A stretch of DNA of 64,000 nucleotides from Thermodesulfobacteriota bacterium (lineage in GTDB: Bacteria; Desulfobacterota; Desulfobacteria; Desulfobacterales; C00003060). Made by a program: the position numbers and the translations under genes. The stretch is from assembly GCA_034189385.1 (NCBI GenBank), contig JAXHVD010000018.1, forward strand, positions 28,398 through 92,397. The letters are read 5' to 3'. Below, in pieces: positions 40,035 through 50,279 of this stretch. The notes below the pieces were generated by a model that worked only from the letters and a program-made list of their open reading frames with translations, did not search any database and was not told where the DNA came from. The number at the start of each line of letters is the position of its first letter. Positions within the stretch are counted from its first letter, which is position 1.

Positions 40035-41281
40035 TAGCTATTCATCGACTCCAAAAACTCTTTATTATTCTCCGTTCCCTTCATCTTATCAAGTAAAAAC
40101 TCCATACTGTCCACAGGATTTAGGGATGACAGAAGCTTTCGCAGGATCCAAACCCGGTTCAGCACCTCTGGTTCCAGCAGTAATTCCTCCTTTCTGGTCC
40201 CAGATCGATTGATGTCAATAGCCGGAAAGACACGCTTATCGGACAGCTTTCGGTCCAACTGCAATTCCAGGTTACCTGTCCCCTTGAACTCTTCAAAGAT
40301 AACCTCATCCATTCGACTTCCCGTGTCAATCAGAGCTGTAGCAACGATGGTAAGGCTTCCCCCCTCTTCTATGTTGCGTGCAGCACCAAAGAAGCGTTTC
40401 GGACGATGCAAGGCATTGGAGTCAACACCACCGGAGAGGATTTTCCCGCTCGGTGGCACCACCGTGTTGTATGCCCTTGCAAGGCGGGTAATACTATCTA
40501 GAAGAATAACCACATCGCGCTTGCTCTCCACTAGCCGCTTGGCCTTCTCGAGCACCATCTCGGCGACTTGCACATGTCGCTGGGGAGGCTCGTCAAAGGT
40601 GGAACTCACCACCTCCGCCTTTACCGAACGGGCCATGTCAGTCACTTCTTCCGGGCGTTCGTCAATAAGCAGAACGATGAGAACAATGTTTTTGTGGTTG
40701 GCATTGATACTATTTGCAATGTTCTGCAACAACATGGTCTTGCCGGTCCTGGGTGCCGAAACGATGAGGCCCCTCTGGCCCAGCCCTATGGGTGTGAGGA
40801 GATCCATAATGCGCACGCAATAGTCATCAGATTCTCTCTCAAGTACTATTCTGCGCTCAGGGTACAGCGGCGTTAAGTTATCGAAAAGTATCTTCTCCCG
40901 TGACTTCTCTGGATCTTCAAAGTTAACGGCTTCCACCTTTAGAAGGGCAAAATACCGCTCATTGTCCTTCGGTGGCCGAATCTGCCCTGACACGGTGTCA
41001 CCGGTACGAAGGCTGAAGCGTCGTATCTGGGATGGTGAAATGTAGATGTCGTCCGGTCCAGGCAGATAGCTGTAATCTGGCGCCCGGAGAAAACCAAAAC
41101 CGTCGGGCAGGATTTCAAGGACGCCCTCCCCATAAATCAAGCCGTTCTTTTCTGTTTGTGCCTGCAAAAGGGCAAAAATCAACTCTTGTTTTCGCAGGCT
41201 CGCAGCACCTTCCACGTCCAGTTTTCTGGCCATGGTTGTCAATTCACTGACTTTCTTAGCCTTTAACTCCGCCAAGTTCAT
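40034..41281 (-). CDS. rho: Transcription termination factor Rho
   Basis: [43 protein letters not shown]. Confidence 0.98.
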   Translation of the reverse strand: MNLAELKAKKVSELTTMARKLDVEGAASLRKQELIFALLQAQTEKNGLIYGEGVLEILPDGFGFLRAPDYSYLPGPDDIYISPSQIRRFSLRTGDTVSGQIRPPKDNERYFALLKVEAVNFEDPEKSREKILFDNLTPLYPERRIVLERESDDYCVRIMDLLTPIGLGQRGLIVSAPRTGKTMLLQNIANSINANHKNIVLIVLLIDERPEEVTDMARSVKAEVVSSTFDEPPQRHVQVAEMVLEKAKRLVESKRDVVILLDSITRLARAYNTVVPPSGKILSGGVDSNALHRPKRFFGAARNIEEGGSLTIVATALIDTGSRMDEVIFEEFKGTGNLELQLDRKLSDKRVFPAIDINRSGTRKEELLLEPEVLNRVWILRKLLSSLNPVDSMEFLLDKMKGTENNKEFLESMNS

Positions 41282-41517
41282 AGGTTTATCTTCCCCTGAA
41301 TGTTAAAAAAATTGGGTCCCCAGGTAGCCATACGGCTTCAGCAAACAAGCCGAGACAAAAGGAATCATGATATGATGCAAGGATACTCAGTGTAAAAGGA
41401 TTGGTTCCTCTTGCTGAAAGTAATGAGGCAACGTGGCAGCTTGTTATAGTCTGTGATCTATTGCATGCAGAAACTCTTGGATACTTCCTTTATCGTCTCG
41501 CAGGCAGGATGTGAAAG

Positions 41518-41546
41518 ATCTTACGGCATGTTCGTCCACCTGTCAA
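41518..41546 (-). promoter_or_regulatory. Sigma70-type promoter for rho (about 230-nt leader)
   Basis: TTGACA-17-TAAGAT on the minus strand. Confidence 0.6.
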
Positions 41547-41767
41547 GTGTTTTCCGGGACTGTAAGCGAATTGATGACATTGAAAAGAGCCCTTTCTAGA
41601 CCCTTTTGGGCCTCTTAGCAGACAAAGGCTTGACATGTTCGAAAAAAATAAATTCTAACTGTTTTAGGGGGTTATCCAAGGTCGTGGCCTATCCAAGACG
41701 CATCTCTCGACGAACATCAAGAATACTCAAGAGCGTTGCACAACTGCTTCGAAGGGGATAGTCCAGG

Positions 41768-42817
41768 TCACTTCCTGTTTTCTGGTCTCAGGGATCGCAC
41801 GGCAGCGCCAGCTTGCCACATCTCAGAGTTTTTCAATTCATCCAGCTCTTTTCTGAGCCTGTGGCTGTAATCCGGGGCACTGTTGGCCTCCAGTACAATC
41901 TTGGTCTCCTCTCCCGAAACCACGCGCCCGTAAAGCTCCTCAAAAACCGGGGTGACCGCATCCCGGAATCGATGCCTCCAATCCAGGGCCCCCCTCTGAG
42001 CCGTCGTGCTGCAGTTGGCGTACATCCAGTCCATCCCCTGCTCGGCCACAAGTCGGATAAGACTCTGGGTGAGTTCTTCCACTGTCTCATTAAAGGCTTC
42101 ACTGGGACTGTGGCCGTGTTTGCGCAACACATTGTACTGGGCCTCAAAAACACCCTCCAGACAGCCCATGAGAACGCCCCTCTCTCCCGTCAGATCGCTG
42201 TACACCTCATTCTGGAACGTGGTAGGGAAAAGATATCCCGAGCCAATGGCAATGCCAAGGGCCAGGGTTCTTTCCGTTGCCCGGCCTGTAAAATCCTGAA
42301 AAACCGCATAGCTCGCGTTAATGCCACTTCCATCCAGGAAATTCAGTCGCACATTTCTTCCAGAACCCTTTGGTGCCACCAGGATGACATCCACATTTTC
42401 TGGCGGGATGATCCCTGTCTGGTCCTTGTAAACAATAGAAAACCCGTGAGAAAAATAGAGGGCGTCCCCTTCCTTAAGCAACGGCTTCAGCCTTGGCCAG
42501 GCCGCCATTTGGCCTGCATCGGATATGAGATATTGGACCACAGTCGCCCGTTCGGCAGCCTCCTCCAGAGAAAAGAGCGTCTCACCCGGCACAAAACCGT
42601 CTTGAACGGCCCTCTCCCACGATTTCCCCCCCTGACGCTGTCCGACAATGACCGAAAATCCGTTGTCTTTCATATTCAAGGCCTGGGCAGGTCCCTGCAC
42701 ACCATAGCCCAGAACCGCGATGGTCTCCTCAGAAAGGACCGCTGTCGCCTTTGCCAAAGGAAATTCCTCCAGAGTCACCACATCTTCTGTCACACCGCCA
42801 AAGTCAATCTTTGCCAT
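41768..42817 (-). CDS. ilvC: Ketol-acid reductoisomerase
   Basis: GYGVQG, FSHGF, VAPKGSG, SDLTGERGVLMG. Confidence 0.96.
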   Translation of the reverse strand: MAKIDFGGVTEDVVTLEEFPLAKATAVLSEETIAVLGYGVQGPAQALNMKDNGFSVIVGQRQGGKSWERAVQDGFVPGETLFSLEEAAERATVVQYLISDAGQMAAWPRLKPLLKEGDALYFSHGFSIVYKDQTGIIPPENVDVILVAPKGSGRNVRLNFLDGSGINASYAVFQDFTGRATERTLALGIAIGSGYLFPTTFQNEVYSDLTGERGVLMGCLEGVFEAQYNVLRKHGHSPSEAFNETVEELTQSLIRLVAEQGMDWMYANCSTTAQRGALDWRHRFRDAVTPVFEELYGRVVSGEETKIVLEANSAPDYSHRLRKELDELKNSEMWQAGAAVRSLRPENRK

Positions 42818-42930
42818 CAAAATCCTCCTTGGTCATTCATAGGTTCACTCGTCCACCCCCTGAGAGCCAGAAACCAGAATCCAACATCCATGGGCTGATA
42901 TGAGGCTCCCACACCGCGCTACGCAGACCT

Positions 42931-43413
42931 CTACTTTTTCTCTCTCGCCAGGGCAATGGCCCCTGTACGGGCAACCTCCTTAATCCCCATAGGCCTTAAT
43001 AACCTCAGGATGGCTGCCAGCTTGTCGGCTGTTCCGGTCACCTCGACGGTATAATGGGTGGAGCTCACATCTATCACCTTGCACCTGAAGATGTCCACTA
43101 TTCTTAAAATCTCCGCCCTGAAATCTGCCTTGGCACTCACCTTGATCAGGGCCATTTCCCGCTCCACACGCTCTGTGGCAGTCAGGTCTGTGACTTTTAT
43201 AACGTTAATGAGCTTATTCAGCTGTTTGGTTATCTGCTCGGCAACGGCGTCATCCCCCCGCGTAACCAACGTTATCCGTGAGACAGTTGGTTCCAAGGTC
43301 TCAGCCACACAGAGGCTTTCTATGTTGAAACCACGCCCGCTGAAAAGGCCTGACACGCGAGCGAGGACGCCTGGCTCATTGTCCACCAACAACGACATCG
43401 TGTGTTTTTGCAT
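42931..43413 (-). CDS. ilvN: Acetolactate synthase small subunit
   Basis: VDNEPGVLARVSGLFSGRGFNIESL. Confidence 0.96.
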   Translation of the reverse strand: MQKHTMSLLVDNEPGVLARVSGLFSGRGFNIESLCVAETLEPTVSRITLVTRGDDAVAEQITKQLNKLINVIKVTDLTATERVEREMALIKVSAKADFRAEILRIVDIFRCKVIDVSSTHYTVEVTGTADKLAAILRLLRPMGIKEVARTGAIALAREKK

Positions 43414-43427
43414 ATTTCTTCTCCATT

Positions 43428-45116
43428 CTAAGCCAAAAGCATTTCGGTTGTGGACGCCCCTGCCGGGACCATGGGGTAAACGCATTCTTCACGGGCCACC
43501 CAGAAGTCCATCATGGCCGGGCCAGGGCTGGCAAGCCCCTCCTCAAGGACCGGAACGACCTCCTCTGGCTTGGTGGCCTTAAGGCCTAAAGCCCCGTAAG
43601 CTTCTGAAAGCTTGGCAAAATCAGGGCCCGACGCCAGGTCTGTAGCCGCGTAACGCTTTCCATAGAACAGTTCCTGCCACTGCCGTACCATACCCAGATA
43701 CCGATTGTTCAAGATAACCACCTTCACCGGCAACTTATACTGCACGGCCGTGGCCAGCTCCTGAATGTTCATCTGAATGCTGCCATCACCAGCTATATCC
43801 ACCACCAGTTCCCCCGGGCGGGCCACTTGTGCCCCGATGGCGGCCGGAAGACCAAAACCCATGCAACCCAGTCCACCAGAGGTAATAAAGCGGTTGGGGG
43901 AATCAAAGTGGTAAAACTGGGCTGCCCACATCTGGTTCTGCCCCACCTCTGTAGTAATGATGGCCTTGCCCTTTGTCAGTTCGTACAGCTTTTCAATCAC
44001 ATACTGGGGCTTGATGACATCTTTCTGCTCATATTGTAAGGGGGTGGTGCTTTTCCATTTCTCTATCTGGTCTAGCCAGGGTTTGCGGCTCTTCTTAGTA
44101 AAACCCACTTTCTCCTCATCGAGGAGCCTGTTCAGTCCTTTCAGGGCCGCCTTGCAGTCCCCCACAATGGGCACGGTCACTGGGATGTTCTTCTTGATCG
44201 AGGTGGGATCTACATCCACGTGGATGATCTTGGCATGGGGTGCAAATGTAGAGACCTTACCCGTCACCCTATCGTCGAAGCGCACGCCGATGCCGATGAG
44301 GAGATCGCATGCGCCGATGGCCATATTGGCCCGATAGGTGCCGTGCATCCCTAACATCCCCATCCAGAGGCGATGGGTCCCTGGAAAGCCCCCAAGCCCC
44401 ATGAGAGAGGCAGTGACGGGGGTATTTAACTTCTTTGCAAACTTTGTCAGTTCCTTGTGTGCCCCTGAAAGGATGACCCCTCCGCCGGCAAAGATGACCG
44501 GCTTTTCTGCTGCCTTTATCAGTTTAATGGCCCGATTGAGCTGTTTCATATTGGGTTCGTACGTAGGATGGTAAGACGGAATCCGACATTCCGGCAATGG
44601 CTCATACTTGGCCTTGCCTTGTGTCACATCCTTAGGAAGATCGACCAATACCGGGCCGGGACGGCCTGAGCGGGCTACATGAAAGGCCTCTTTCAGGATC
44701 CTGCCAAGGTCTTCGGTACGTTTGACCAGGTAGTTGTGCTTCGTACAGGGTCGCGTGATGCCCACGATATCCACTTCCTGAAAGGCGTCGTTACCTATAA
44801 GGGCCGTGGGCACCTGCCCTGTCATCACAACTACTGGGATAGAATCCATGTAGGCAGATGCCAGCCCACTTACCGTGTTGGTGGCCCCGGGCCCCGAGGT
44901 GACCAGGCACACGCCCACCCCCCCCTTTGCCCGGGCATATCCGTCAGCCGCATGGGCGGCCCCTTGTTCATGACGCACCAAGATGTGCTGGATGTCTGTC
45001 TTCACGAGCTCGTCATGGACGTCAATAATGACGCCGCCCGGAAAGCCAAAAATGGTGTCCACACACTCTTCCTTCAGGACGGCCATAATAATCTTAGCTC
45101 CTGTCATTGTTTTCAA
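43428..45116 (-). CDS. ilvB: Acetolactate synthase large subunit
   Basis: RHEQGA, TSGPGATN, GDGSIQMN...NN. Confidence 0.97.
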   Translation of the reverse strand: MKTMTGAKIIMAVLKEECVDTIFGFPGGVIIDVHDELVKTDIQHILVRHEQGAAHAADGYARAKGGVGVCLVTSGPGATNTVSGLASAYMDSIPVVVMTGQVPTALIGNDAFQEVDIVGITRPCTKHNYLVKRTEDLGRILKEAFHVARSGRPGPVLVDLPKDVTQGKAKYEPLPECRIPSYHPTYEPNMKQLNRAIKLIKAAEKPVIFAGGGVILSGAHKELTKFAKKLNTPVTASLMGLGGFPGTHRLWMGMLGMHGTYRANMAIGACDLLIGIGVRFDDRVTGKVSTFAPHAKIIHVDVDPTSIKKNIPVTVPIVGDCKAALKGLNRLLDEEKVGFTKKSRKPWLDQIEKWKSTTPLQYEQKDVIKPQYVIEKLYELTKGKAIITTEVGQNQMWAAQFYHFDSPNRFITSGGLGCMGFGLPAAIGAQVARPGELVVDIAGDGSIQMNIQELATAVQYKLPVKVVILNNRYLGMVRQWQELFYGKRYAATDLASGPDFAKLSEAYGALGLKATKPEEVVPVLEEGLASPGPAMMDFWVAREECVYPMVPAGASTTEMLLA

Positions 45117-45146
45117 TGGCTCCCCTCCTATCCATTCATAAGTAAG

Positions 45147-46805
45147 TTACCTAACCACGGCCCCTTCACCTCCAGAAGATACCACGCGGGCGTAACGGGC
45201 CATGTACCCCTTGGATATCTTGGCTCGTGGCCGTTTCCACCTTGCAAGTCGTTTGTCGATCTCTTCGTCCGCTACCTTCAGGGTGATCTTTTTCTTTGGA
45301 ATATCGATGCTGATTCTGTCACCGTCTTTCACGACAGCGATTGCCCCGCCCTCCATGGCCTCCGGTGACACATGGCCTATGGCAGCCCCGCGGGTCCCTC
45401 CTGAAAACCTGCCGTCTGTAATCAGGGCCACATCGGCATCGAGGCCCATGCCGGCAATGGCAGATGTGGGCATCAGCATCTCCCGCATGCCCGGGCCGCC
45501 CTTTGGTCCCTCATAACGGATGACGACCACGTCGCCTTTCCTTATCTTACGCCCCATGATGGCGGACGTGGCCTCTTCTTCAGTATCAAAGACCCGGGCC
45601 GGGCCCTCGTGGCGAAGCATCTTCCTCACCACTGCGGACTGCTTTACCACGCACCCTGATGGAGCCATATTGCCGAACAGGACAGCAAGGCCCCCCTGTT
45701 TGTGATAGGGTCTTTCCAATGGCCGAATCACCCCTTTATCAGTGACCCGGCTGTCTGCAAGATTCTCTTTAACAGATCTGCCAGTCACGGTCAGACAGTC
45801 TGTGCGGATCAAACGTTTTCGGCAAAGCTCCTTCATCACCGCCCCCACTCCGCCGGCCTGATCTAGATCCTCCACATGGTGTTTCCCTGCCGGACTTAGA
45901 CTACAGAGGTGAGGCACCTTCTCGCTTATGGCGTTGAAGACATCCAGCTCAATCTTGACACCAGCTTCGTGAGCAATGGCCATGAGGTGCAATACTGTAT
46001 TTGTAGAACACCCCAAAGCCATGTCTACCGCCATGGCATTTGCAAAGGCCTCTTTTGTCATAATCTTCCTGGGCGTGATCCTTTTTTTCAAGAGCTTCAA
46101 GATCATCATGCCAGCGTCTTTGGCCAAACGGGTACGAGCAGCCATGACAGCAGGGATGGTGCCGTTTCCAGGAAGTCCCATCCCGATGGCCTCTGTCAGA
46201 CAATTCATGGAATTGGCGGTAAACATGCCAGCACAGGAACCACAGGTGGGGCAGGCACAGTCTTCAATATCTGCCAGTTCGCCCTCCGTCATCTTGCCTG
46301 ATTTGACCGCCCCTACCCCTTCGAAGACACTGATGAGATCCACCTTTCTTCCGCCCAGGCGGCCTGCCAGCATGGGGCCCCCACTCACCACAATAGTGGG
46401 CAGGTCCAGCCTGGCAGATGCCATGAGCATGCCCGGAACGATCTTGTCGCAGTTGGTGACCATCACCATGGCATCAAAGGCGTGGGCAATAGCCATGACT
46501 TCAATGGAGTCGGCGATCAACTCCCGGCTTGCCAGGGAGTACTTCATCCCAATATGGTTCATGGCAATCCCGTCGCAAATGCCGATGCCCCCAAAGGCGA
46601 TAGGGGTGCCGCCTCCCATGCGTACACCGGCCTTTACGGCAGCCACTATCCGCTCCAATTCCACGTGACCAGGGATGATATCATTAGCCGAATTGGCAAC
46701 CCCCACCAAGGGCCGCCTGAGTTCTTCATCCGTGTATCCCATGGCCTTGAACAAGGCACGATGGGGGGCACGCTCCAAGCCTGACGTGACGTTGTCGCTC
46801 TTCAT
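45147..46805 (-). CDS. ilvD: Dihydroxy-acid dehydratase
   Basis: [29 protein letters not shown]. Confidence 0.97.
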   Translation of the reverse strand: MKSDNVTSGLERAPHRALFKAMGYTDEELRRPLVGVANSANDIIPGHVELERIVAAVKAGVRMGGGTPIAFGGIGICDGIAMNHIGMKYSLASRELIADSIEVMAIAHAFDAMVMVTNCDKIVPGMLMASARLDLPTIVVSGGPMLAGRLGGRKVDLISVFEGVGAVKSGKMTEGELADIEDCACPTCGSCAGMFTANSMNCLTEAIGMGLPGNGTIPAVMAARTRLAKDAGMMILKLLKKRITPRKIMTKEAFANAMAVDMALGCSTNTVLHLMAIAHEAGVKIELDVFNAISEKVPHLCSLSPAGKHHVEDLDQAGGVGAVMKELCRKRLIRTDCLTVTGRSVKENLADSRVTDKGVIRPLERPYHKQGGLAVLFGNMAPSGCVVKQSAVVRKMLRHEGPARVFDTEEEATSAIMGRKIRKGDVVVIRYEGPKGGPGMREMLMPTSAIAGMGLDADVALITDGRFSGGTRGAAIGHVSPEAMEGGAIAVVKDGDRISIDIPKKKITLKVADEEIDKRLARWKRPRAKISKGYMARYARVVSSGGEGAVVR

Positions 46806-46836
46806 TCATAGCCTCCAATCCTGGATTGATCTCAAC

Positions 46837-47030
46837 GGGATGTTGCCCAAACCGCAATCTCTTTGACCGGTTCGTTGGGGCGTTTTTTGCCGACAAATCT
46901 TGGCGATGCGAAAGACAAGCGATTTCAACTGCTTGAGCCCGAAGGGCGAGTTTTGAAAGCGCCTGGAGCAAGCCTTAGATTTGTCAAAAAACGTCTCAGA
47001 ACAAGGGAAAAGGGATTTGGGCAACAGCCC
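46837..47030. mobile_element. 194-bp MITE-like element
   Basis: Terminal inverted repeats GGGATGTTGCCCAAA / TTTGGGCAACAGCCC; flanks CTCAAC / ATCAAC. Confidence 0.7.
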
Positions 47031-47055
47031 ATCAACATACAACACCTACAGAAAC

Positions 47056-47105
47056 AAGTGACTAAAGTGAACCAAAGTGTCTAGAGTGTCTAAAGTGTAC
47101 AGAGT
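47056..47105. repeat. Imperfect 9-bp tandem repeat (about 5-6 units of AAAGTGTCT)
   Basis: aagtgact aaagtgaacc aaagtgtct agagtgtct aaagtgtac agagt. Confidence 0.7.
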
Positions 47106-47172
47106 ATATAGAAAAAACCGGAATGGGTTGAACCGCCCTCAGCCTTACACCTTATGCCTTCGGCCTCCCATT

Positions 47173-48735
47173 TCACGTCTTTGAAAGCTTGTACTGAAAG
47201 CTGTCTTCCAGGGCCTGCCAACTTGCCTCAATGATGTCCGAAGAGACTCCAAGGGTACTCCATACACGTTGCTGGTCGCGCGAGTCAATAAAGACCTTTA
47301 CCCTGGCCGAAGTACCGTCTCGACCTTCTATGACCCGGACCTTGAAATCCACAAGCTGCATCCTTTCCAGATCGACCAGGAAGAATTTGTTCAGGGCCTT
47401 TCGCAAGGCATTGTCCAGGGCGCTCACGGGCCCGTTGCCTTCAGCAGCTGTGATTTCTTGTTGATCGCCTACGGAGATCTTGATAGTAGCGTAGGCCCTG
47501 CAAGGGGCATCTCTGTCCTTTTCTATGGCCACCCGGAACGACTCCAACACAAAGAGAGGCCGGAATTGGCCGGTGAGCCTTTTCAAGAGGAGCTCAAAAG
47601 ACCCCTCTGCAGCATCAAACTGATATCCGTCATGTTCCATGCGCTTTATCTCTGTGGCAATTCTCTTGCTGTCAAACCCATTTCCTCCCAACTCGATCCC
47701 CAGTTCCCTGGCCTTGTAGTCCACATTGCTTTTGCCACAAAGGTCTGACATGAGCACACGCCGCTCATTTCCCGTGGCCTCTGGTTTCATGTGTTCGTAC
47801 GCTTTTGGCGTCTTCATGATAGCGCTCACATGGATCCCCCCCTTGTGGGCAAAGGCGCTTGCCCCTACAAAAGGGCGCCCGTTAAAAGGGGTCATATTCG
47901 CCACTTCGCTCACATAACGGGACAATTCTGTAAGACGTCGCAGATTCTGATCCTCCATGCACGGCAATCCCATCTTGAGCTGGAGGTTGGGAATGATGGA
48001 GGTCAAATCAGCGTTGCCGCATCTCTCGCCATAGCCGTTGACCGTTCCCTGGACCATGACGGTGCCCAGACGCACGGCAGTCAAGGTGTTCGCCACGGCA
48101 AGGCCACAGTCGTTGTGAGCATGAATGCCGACCCGTACAGGGATCTTCTGCCTTACCTTCTTCATGATTTCCTCGACCTCGAAGGGAAGGGTCCCTCCGT
48201 TTGTGTCGCAAAGGACAATGAAGTCAGCACCGCCTGAGACAGCTGCCTCAATCGTTTTCAGAGCATACTTTGGATTGTTCTTGTAGCCATCAAAGAAGTG
48301 TTCCGCATCGTAGACGACTTCACGGCCATGGGAACAAAGATAGGCCGTGCTTTCATAAATCATGGCCAGGTTCTCTTTCAAGGTGTTTGCCATGACCTTT
48401 TTAACGTGCAGGTCCCAGGTTTTACCAAAGATAGCGACGGCAGGGGTTTCAGCCCGGACAAGGGCGCTCAGGTTCGAGTCTTTGTCGCAAGGCGTATTCG
48501 GTCTTCTTGTACTGCCGAAGGCAACAAGGCGAGCATGCTTAAAAGAGACACCCTTGGCCAGTTCAAAGAACCTCGTGTCTGTGGGGTTGGAACCGGGCCA
48601 TCCGCCCTCAATATAGTGTATTCCCACATCATCTAGTTTTCGTGCAATCCGGGCTTTGTCCTCAGCAGAAAAATTGATTTTTTCTCCTTGTGAACCATCC
48701 CTTAGTGTTGTGTCGTAAACCAGAATCGATTCCAT
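47173..48735 (-). CDS. cimA: Citramalate synthase (LeuA-like DRE-TIM enzyme)
   Basis: YDTTLRDGSQGE, IEGGWPGSNP, FGKTWDLHV, YDAEHFFDG, HAHND; heads the ilv operon. Confidence 0.9.
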   Translation of the reverse strand: MESILVYDTTLRDGSQGEKINFSAEDKARIARKLDDVGIHYIEGGWPGSNPTDTRFFELAKGVSFKHARLVAFGSTRRPNTPCDKDSNLSALVRAETPAVAIFGKTWDLHVKKVMANTLKENLAMIYESTAYLCSHGREVVYDAEHFFDGYKNNPKYALKTIEAAVSGGADFIVLCDTNGGTLPFEVEEIMKKVRQKIPVRVGIHAHNDCGLAVANTLTAVRLGTVMVQGTVNGYGERCGNADLTSIIPNLQLKMGLPCMEDQNLRRLTELSRYVSEVANMTPFNGRPFVGASAFAHKGGIHVSAIMKTPKAYEHMKPEATGNERRVLMSDLCGKSNVDYKARELGIELGGNGFDSKRIATEIKRMEHDGYQFDAAEGSFELLLKRLTGQFRPLFVLESFRVAIEKDRDAPCRAYATIKISVGDQQEITAAEGNGPVSALDNALRKALNKFFLVDLERMQLVDFKVRVIEGRDGTSARVKVFIDSRDQQRVWSTLGVSSDIIEASWQALEDSFQYKLSKT

Positions 48736-48872
48736 GACGCCATTCCCCTATAGTAAGTGTCCAGTCCAACATGACCCAAGACCAACACCGCAGAAGATCA
48801 TGGGTTGCAGGGTCGGCCTTGAAAAACAACCCATTTTCATCTCTTCCAGAGGACCGGTCCCAGGGCTGCGGC

Positions 48873-48906
48873 AAAAAAAAACCGTTATCAGGAAGCCTGA
48901 TAACGG
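48873..48906 (-). terminator. Attenuator terminator of the cimA-ilv operon
   Basis: Perfect 11-bp stem CCGTTATCAGG/CCTGATAACGG followed by T9. Confidence 0.9.
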
Positions 48907-48941
48907 ATTTTGGTGCTTACTCTGCCAACCCAATTAGTCCA

Positions 48942-49031
48942 TTACCAAGCCTCCGGCCGGTAGCAGGGCACAATAATGCCTACTACTACAATCATGCTAA
49001 TTACGGTGCTGGTAATGGCCTTCGATGTCAT
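48942..49031 (-). CDS. Ile/Val-rich leader peptide (29 aa) MTSKAITSTVISMIVVVGIIVPCYRPEAW
   Basis: Short ORF between the promoter and the terminator; 5 Ile, 5 Val. Confidence 0.88.
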   Translation of the reverse strand: MTSKAITSTVISMIVVVGIIVPCYRPEAW

Positions 49032-49066
49032 CGTCTGTTCTCGCGCCAATTAAGTCTTAAAAATCT

Positions 49067-49096
49067 ACTCTATGCAAACCGTTGCATTATTGTCAA
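49067..49096 (-). promoter_or_regulatory. Promoter of the cimA-ilv leader with internal palindrome
   Basis: TTGACA-18-TAGAGT; ATGCAA-N4-TTGCAT in the spacer. Confidence 0.55.
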
Positions 49097-49194
49097 GTTC
49101 TTTTTACCTCAATTGAGGTTTGACATCGTCCGCCCCTTGCCATAGGGTGGCCAAGGCACCAAAGCACCATGTGCTGAAAGAGGTGGGCGCTGAC

Positions 49195-50112
49195 ATGGAC
49201 AAACCCAACCTTGCCGTCGAGGTAGGCGGCATCTTCATAAAAAACCCGGTCATGACCGCCTCTGGAACCTTTGGCTACGGACAGGAATTTGCCCCTCTCT
49301 TTGACTTGAATCGCCTCGGTGCCGTCGTGGTCAAGGGCCTATCTCTCAAGCCCGCTCCTGGCAATCCTCCTCCTCGCACCGCGGAGACCTGCGGAGGCAT
49401 GCTCAATGCAATCGGCCTGGAAAACGTTGGGCTGGACGCCTTTGTGGAAGACAAACTCCCCTTTCTACAATCCCTGGACACGGCTACGATCTTAAATGTG
49501 TACGGCCGCGACACGGGCGAATATGCCGATCTGGCTGAACGGATTCAGGACCTGGAGGGCGTCGCTGGGATTGAAGTAAATATCTCATGCCCCAATGTAA
49601 AGGCCGGTGGCATGGCCTTTGGGACCGACCCAAGCATGGCGTTTCAAGTCACACGTGCTGTCAGAGACAAGACCTCGCTGCCATTGATCGTCAAGCTCTC
49701 GCCAAACGTGACAGATATCAAGGCCATCGCCCGAAGCGTGGAAGAGGCCGGGGCAGACGCAATCTCTCTTATCAATACCATTACTGCCATGGCTGTGGAT
49801 CCGAGGACCCGCAAACCCAAGCTCCCCAATATCACAGGGGGCCTTTCCGGGCCTGCTATCAAGCCGATTGCCCTGAGAATGGTCTGGGAGACGGTCCAGG
49901 CCGTTGACGTCCCTGTCATCGGGATCGGAGGCATTATGAATGTGTCCGATGCCTTGGAATTCTTAATAGTGGGCGCACGGGCCATACAGGTCGGCACCGC
50001 CAATTTAATAAATCCGCGAGCCACGGTAGCTATCGTGGAGGGGCTTGAGGCCTATCTTGTGGAAAGCAAGCTTTCTGACATCAGCCAAATCATTGGAAGT
50101 CTGGAGACGTAA
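49195..50112 (+). CDS. pyrD: Dihydroorotate dehydrogenase 1B catalytic subunit
   Basis: NPVMTASGT, NAIGLEN, NISCPN, KLSPN, GGLSG; TTGACA-17-TAGGGT promoter at 49120. Confidence 0.96.
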   Translation: MDKPNLAVEVGGIFIKNPVMTASGTFGYGQEFAPLFDLNRLGAVVVKGLSLKPAPGNPPPRTAETCGGMLNAIGLENVGLDAFVEDKLPFLQSLDTATILNVYGRDTGEYADLAERIQDLEGVAGIEVNISCPNVKAGGMAFGTDPSMAFQVTRAVRDKTSLPLIVKLSPNVTDIKAIARSVEEAGADAISLINTITAMAVDPRTRKPKLPNITGGLSGPAIKPIALRMVWETVQAVDVPVIGIGGIMNVSDALEFLIVGARAIQVGTANLINPRATVAIVEGLEAYLVESKLSDISQIIGSLET

Positions 50113-50139
50113 AGGGGCAAGTGTTGCAGGCAAAGCGAT

Positions 50140-50278
50140 GAGACCTTTGCTCAATCCTTTGTCACGCTGTTCCTCGAGCTTTTTCATCCCCCAGGGCGGG
50201 CCGCTCATCCCGACGGAGTCGGGAAAGGGAACCCTAGAATAGCCCCGAATGAACGTTCAAAAACTCTTCAAAGGGCTC
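50140..50278. mobile_element. MITE copy 2 (inverted relative to copy 1)
   Basis: Ends GAGACCTTTG / CAAAGGGCTC; core ccgctcatcccgacggagtcgggaa identical to copy 1; flanks GCGAT / GCTAT. Confidence 0.8.
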
Positions 50279-50279
50279 G

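Noticed and set aside
41813..42898. 361-aa plus-strand ORF
   Set aside because: Antisense shadow of ilvC; no recognisable motifs
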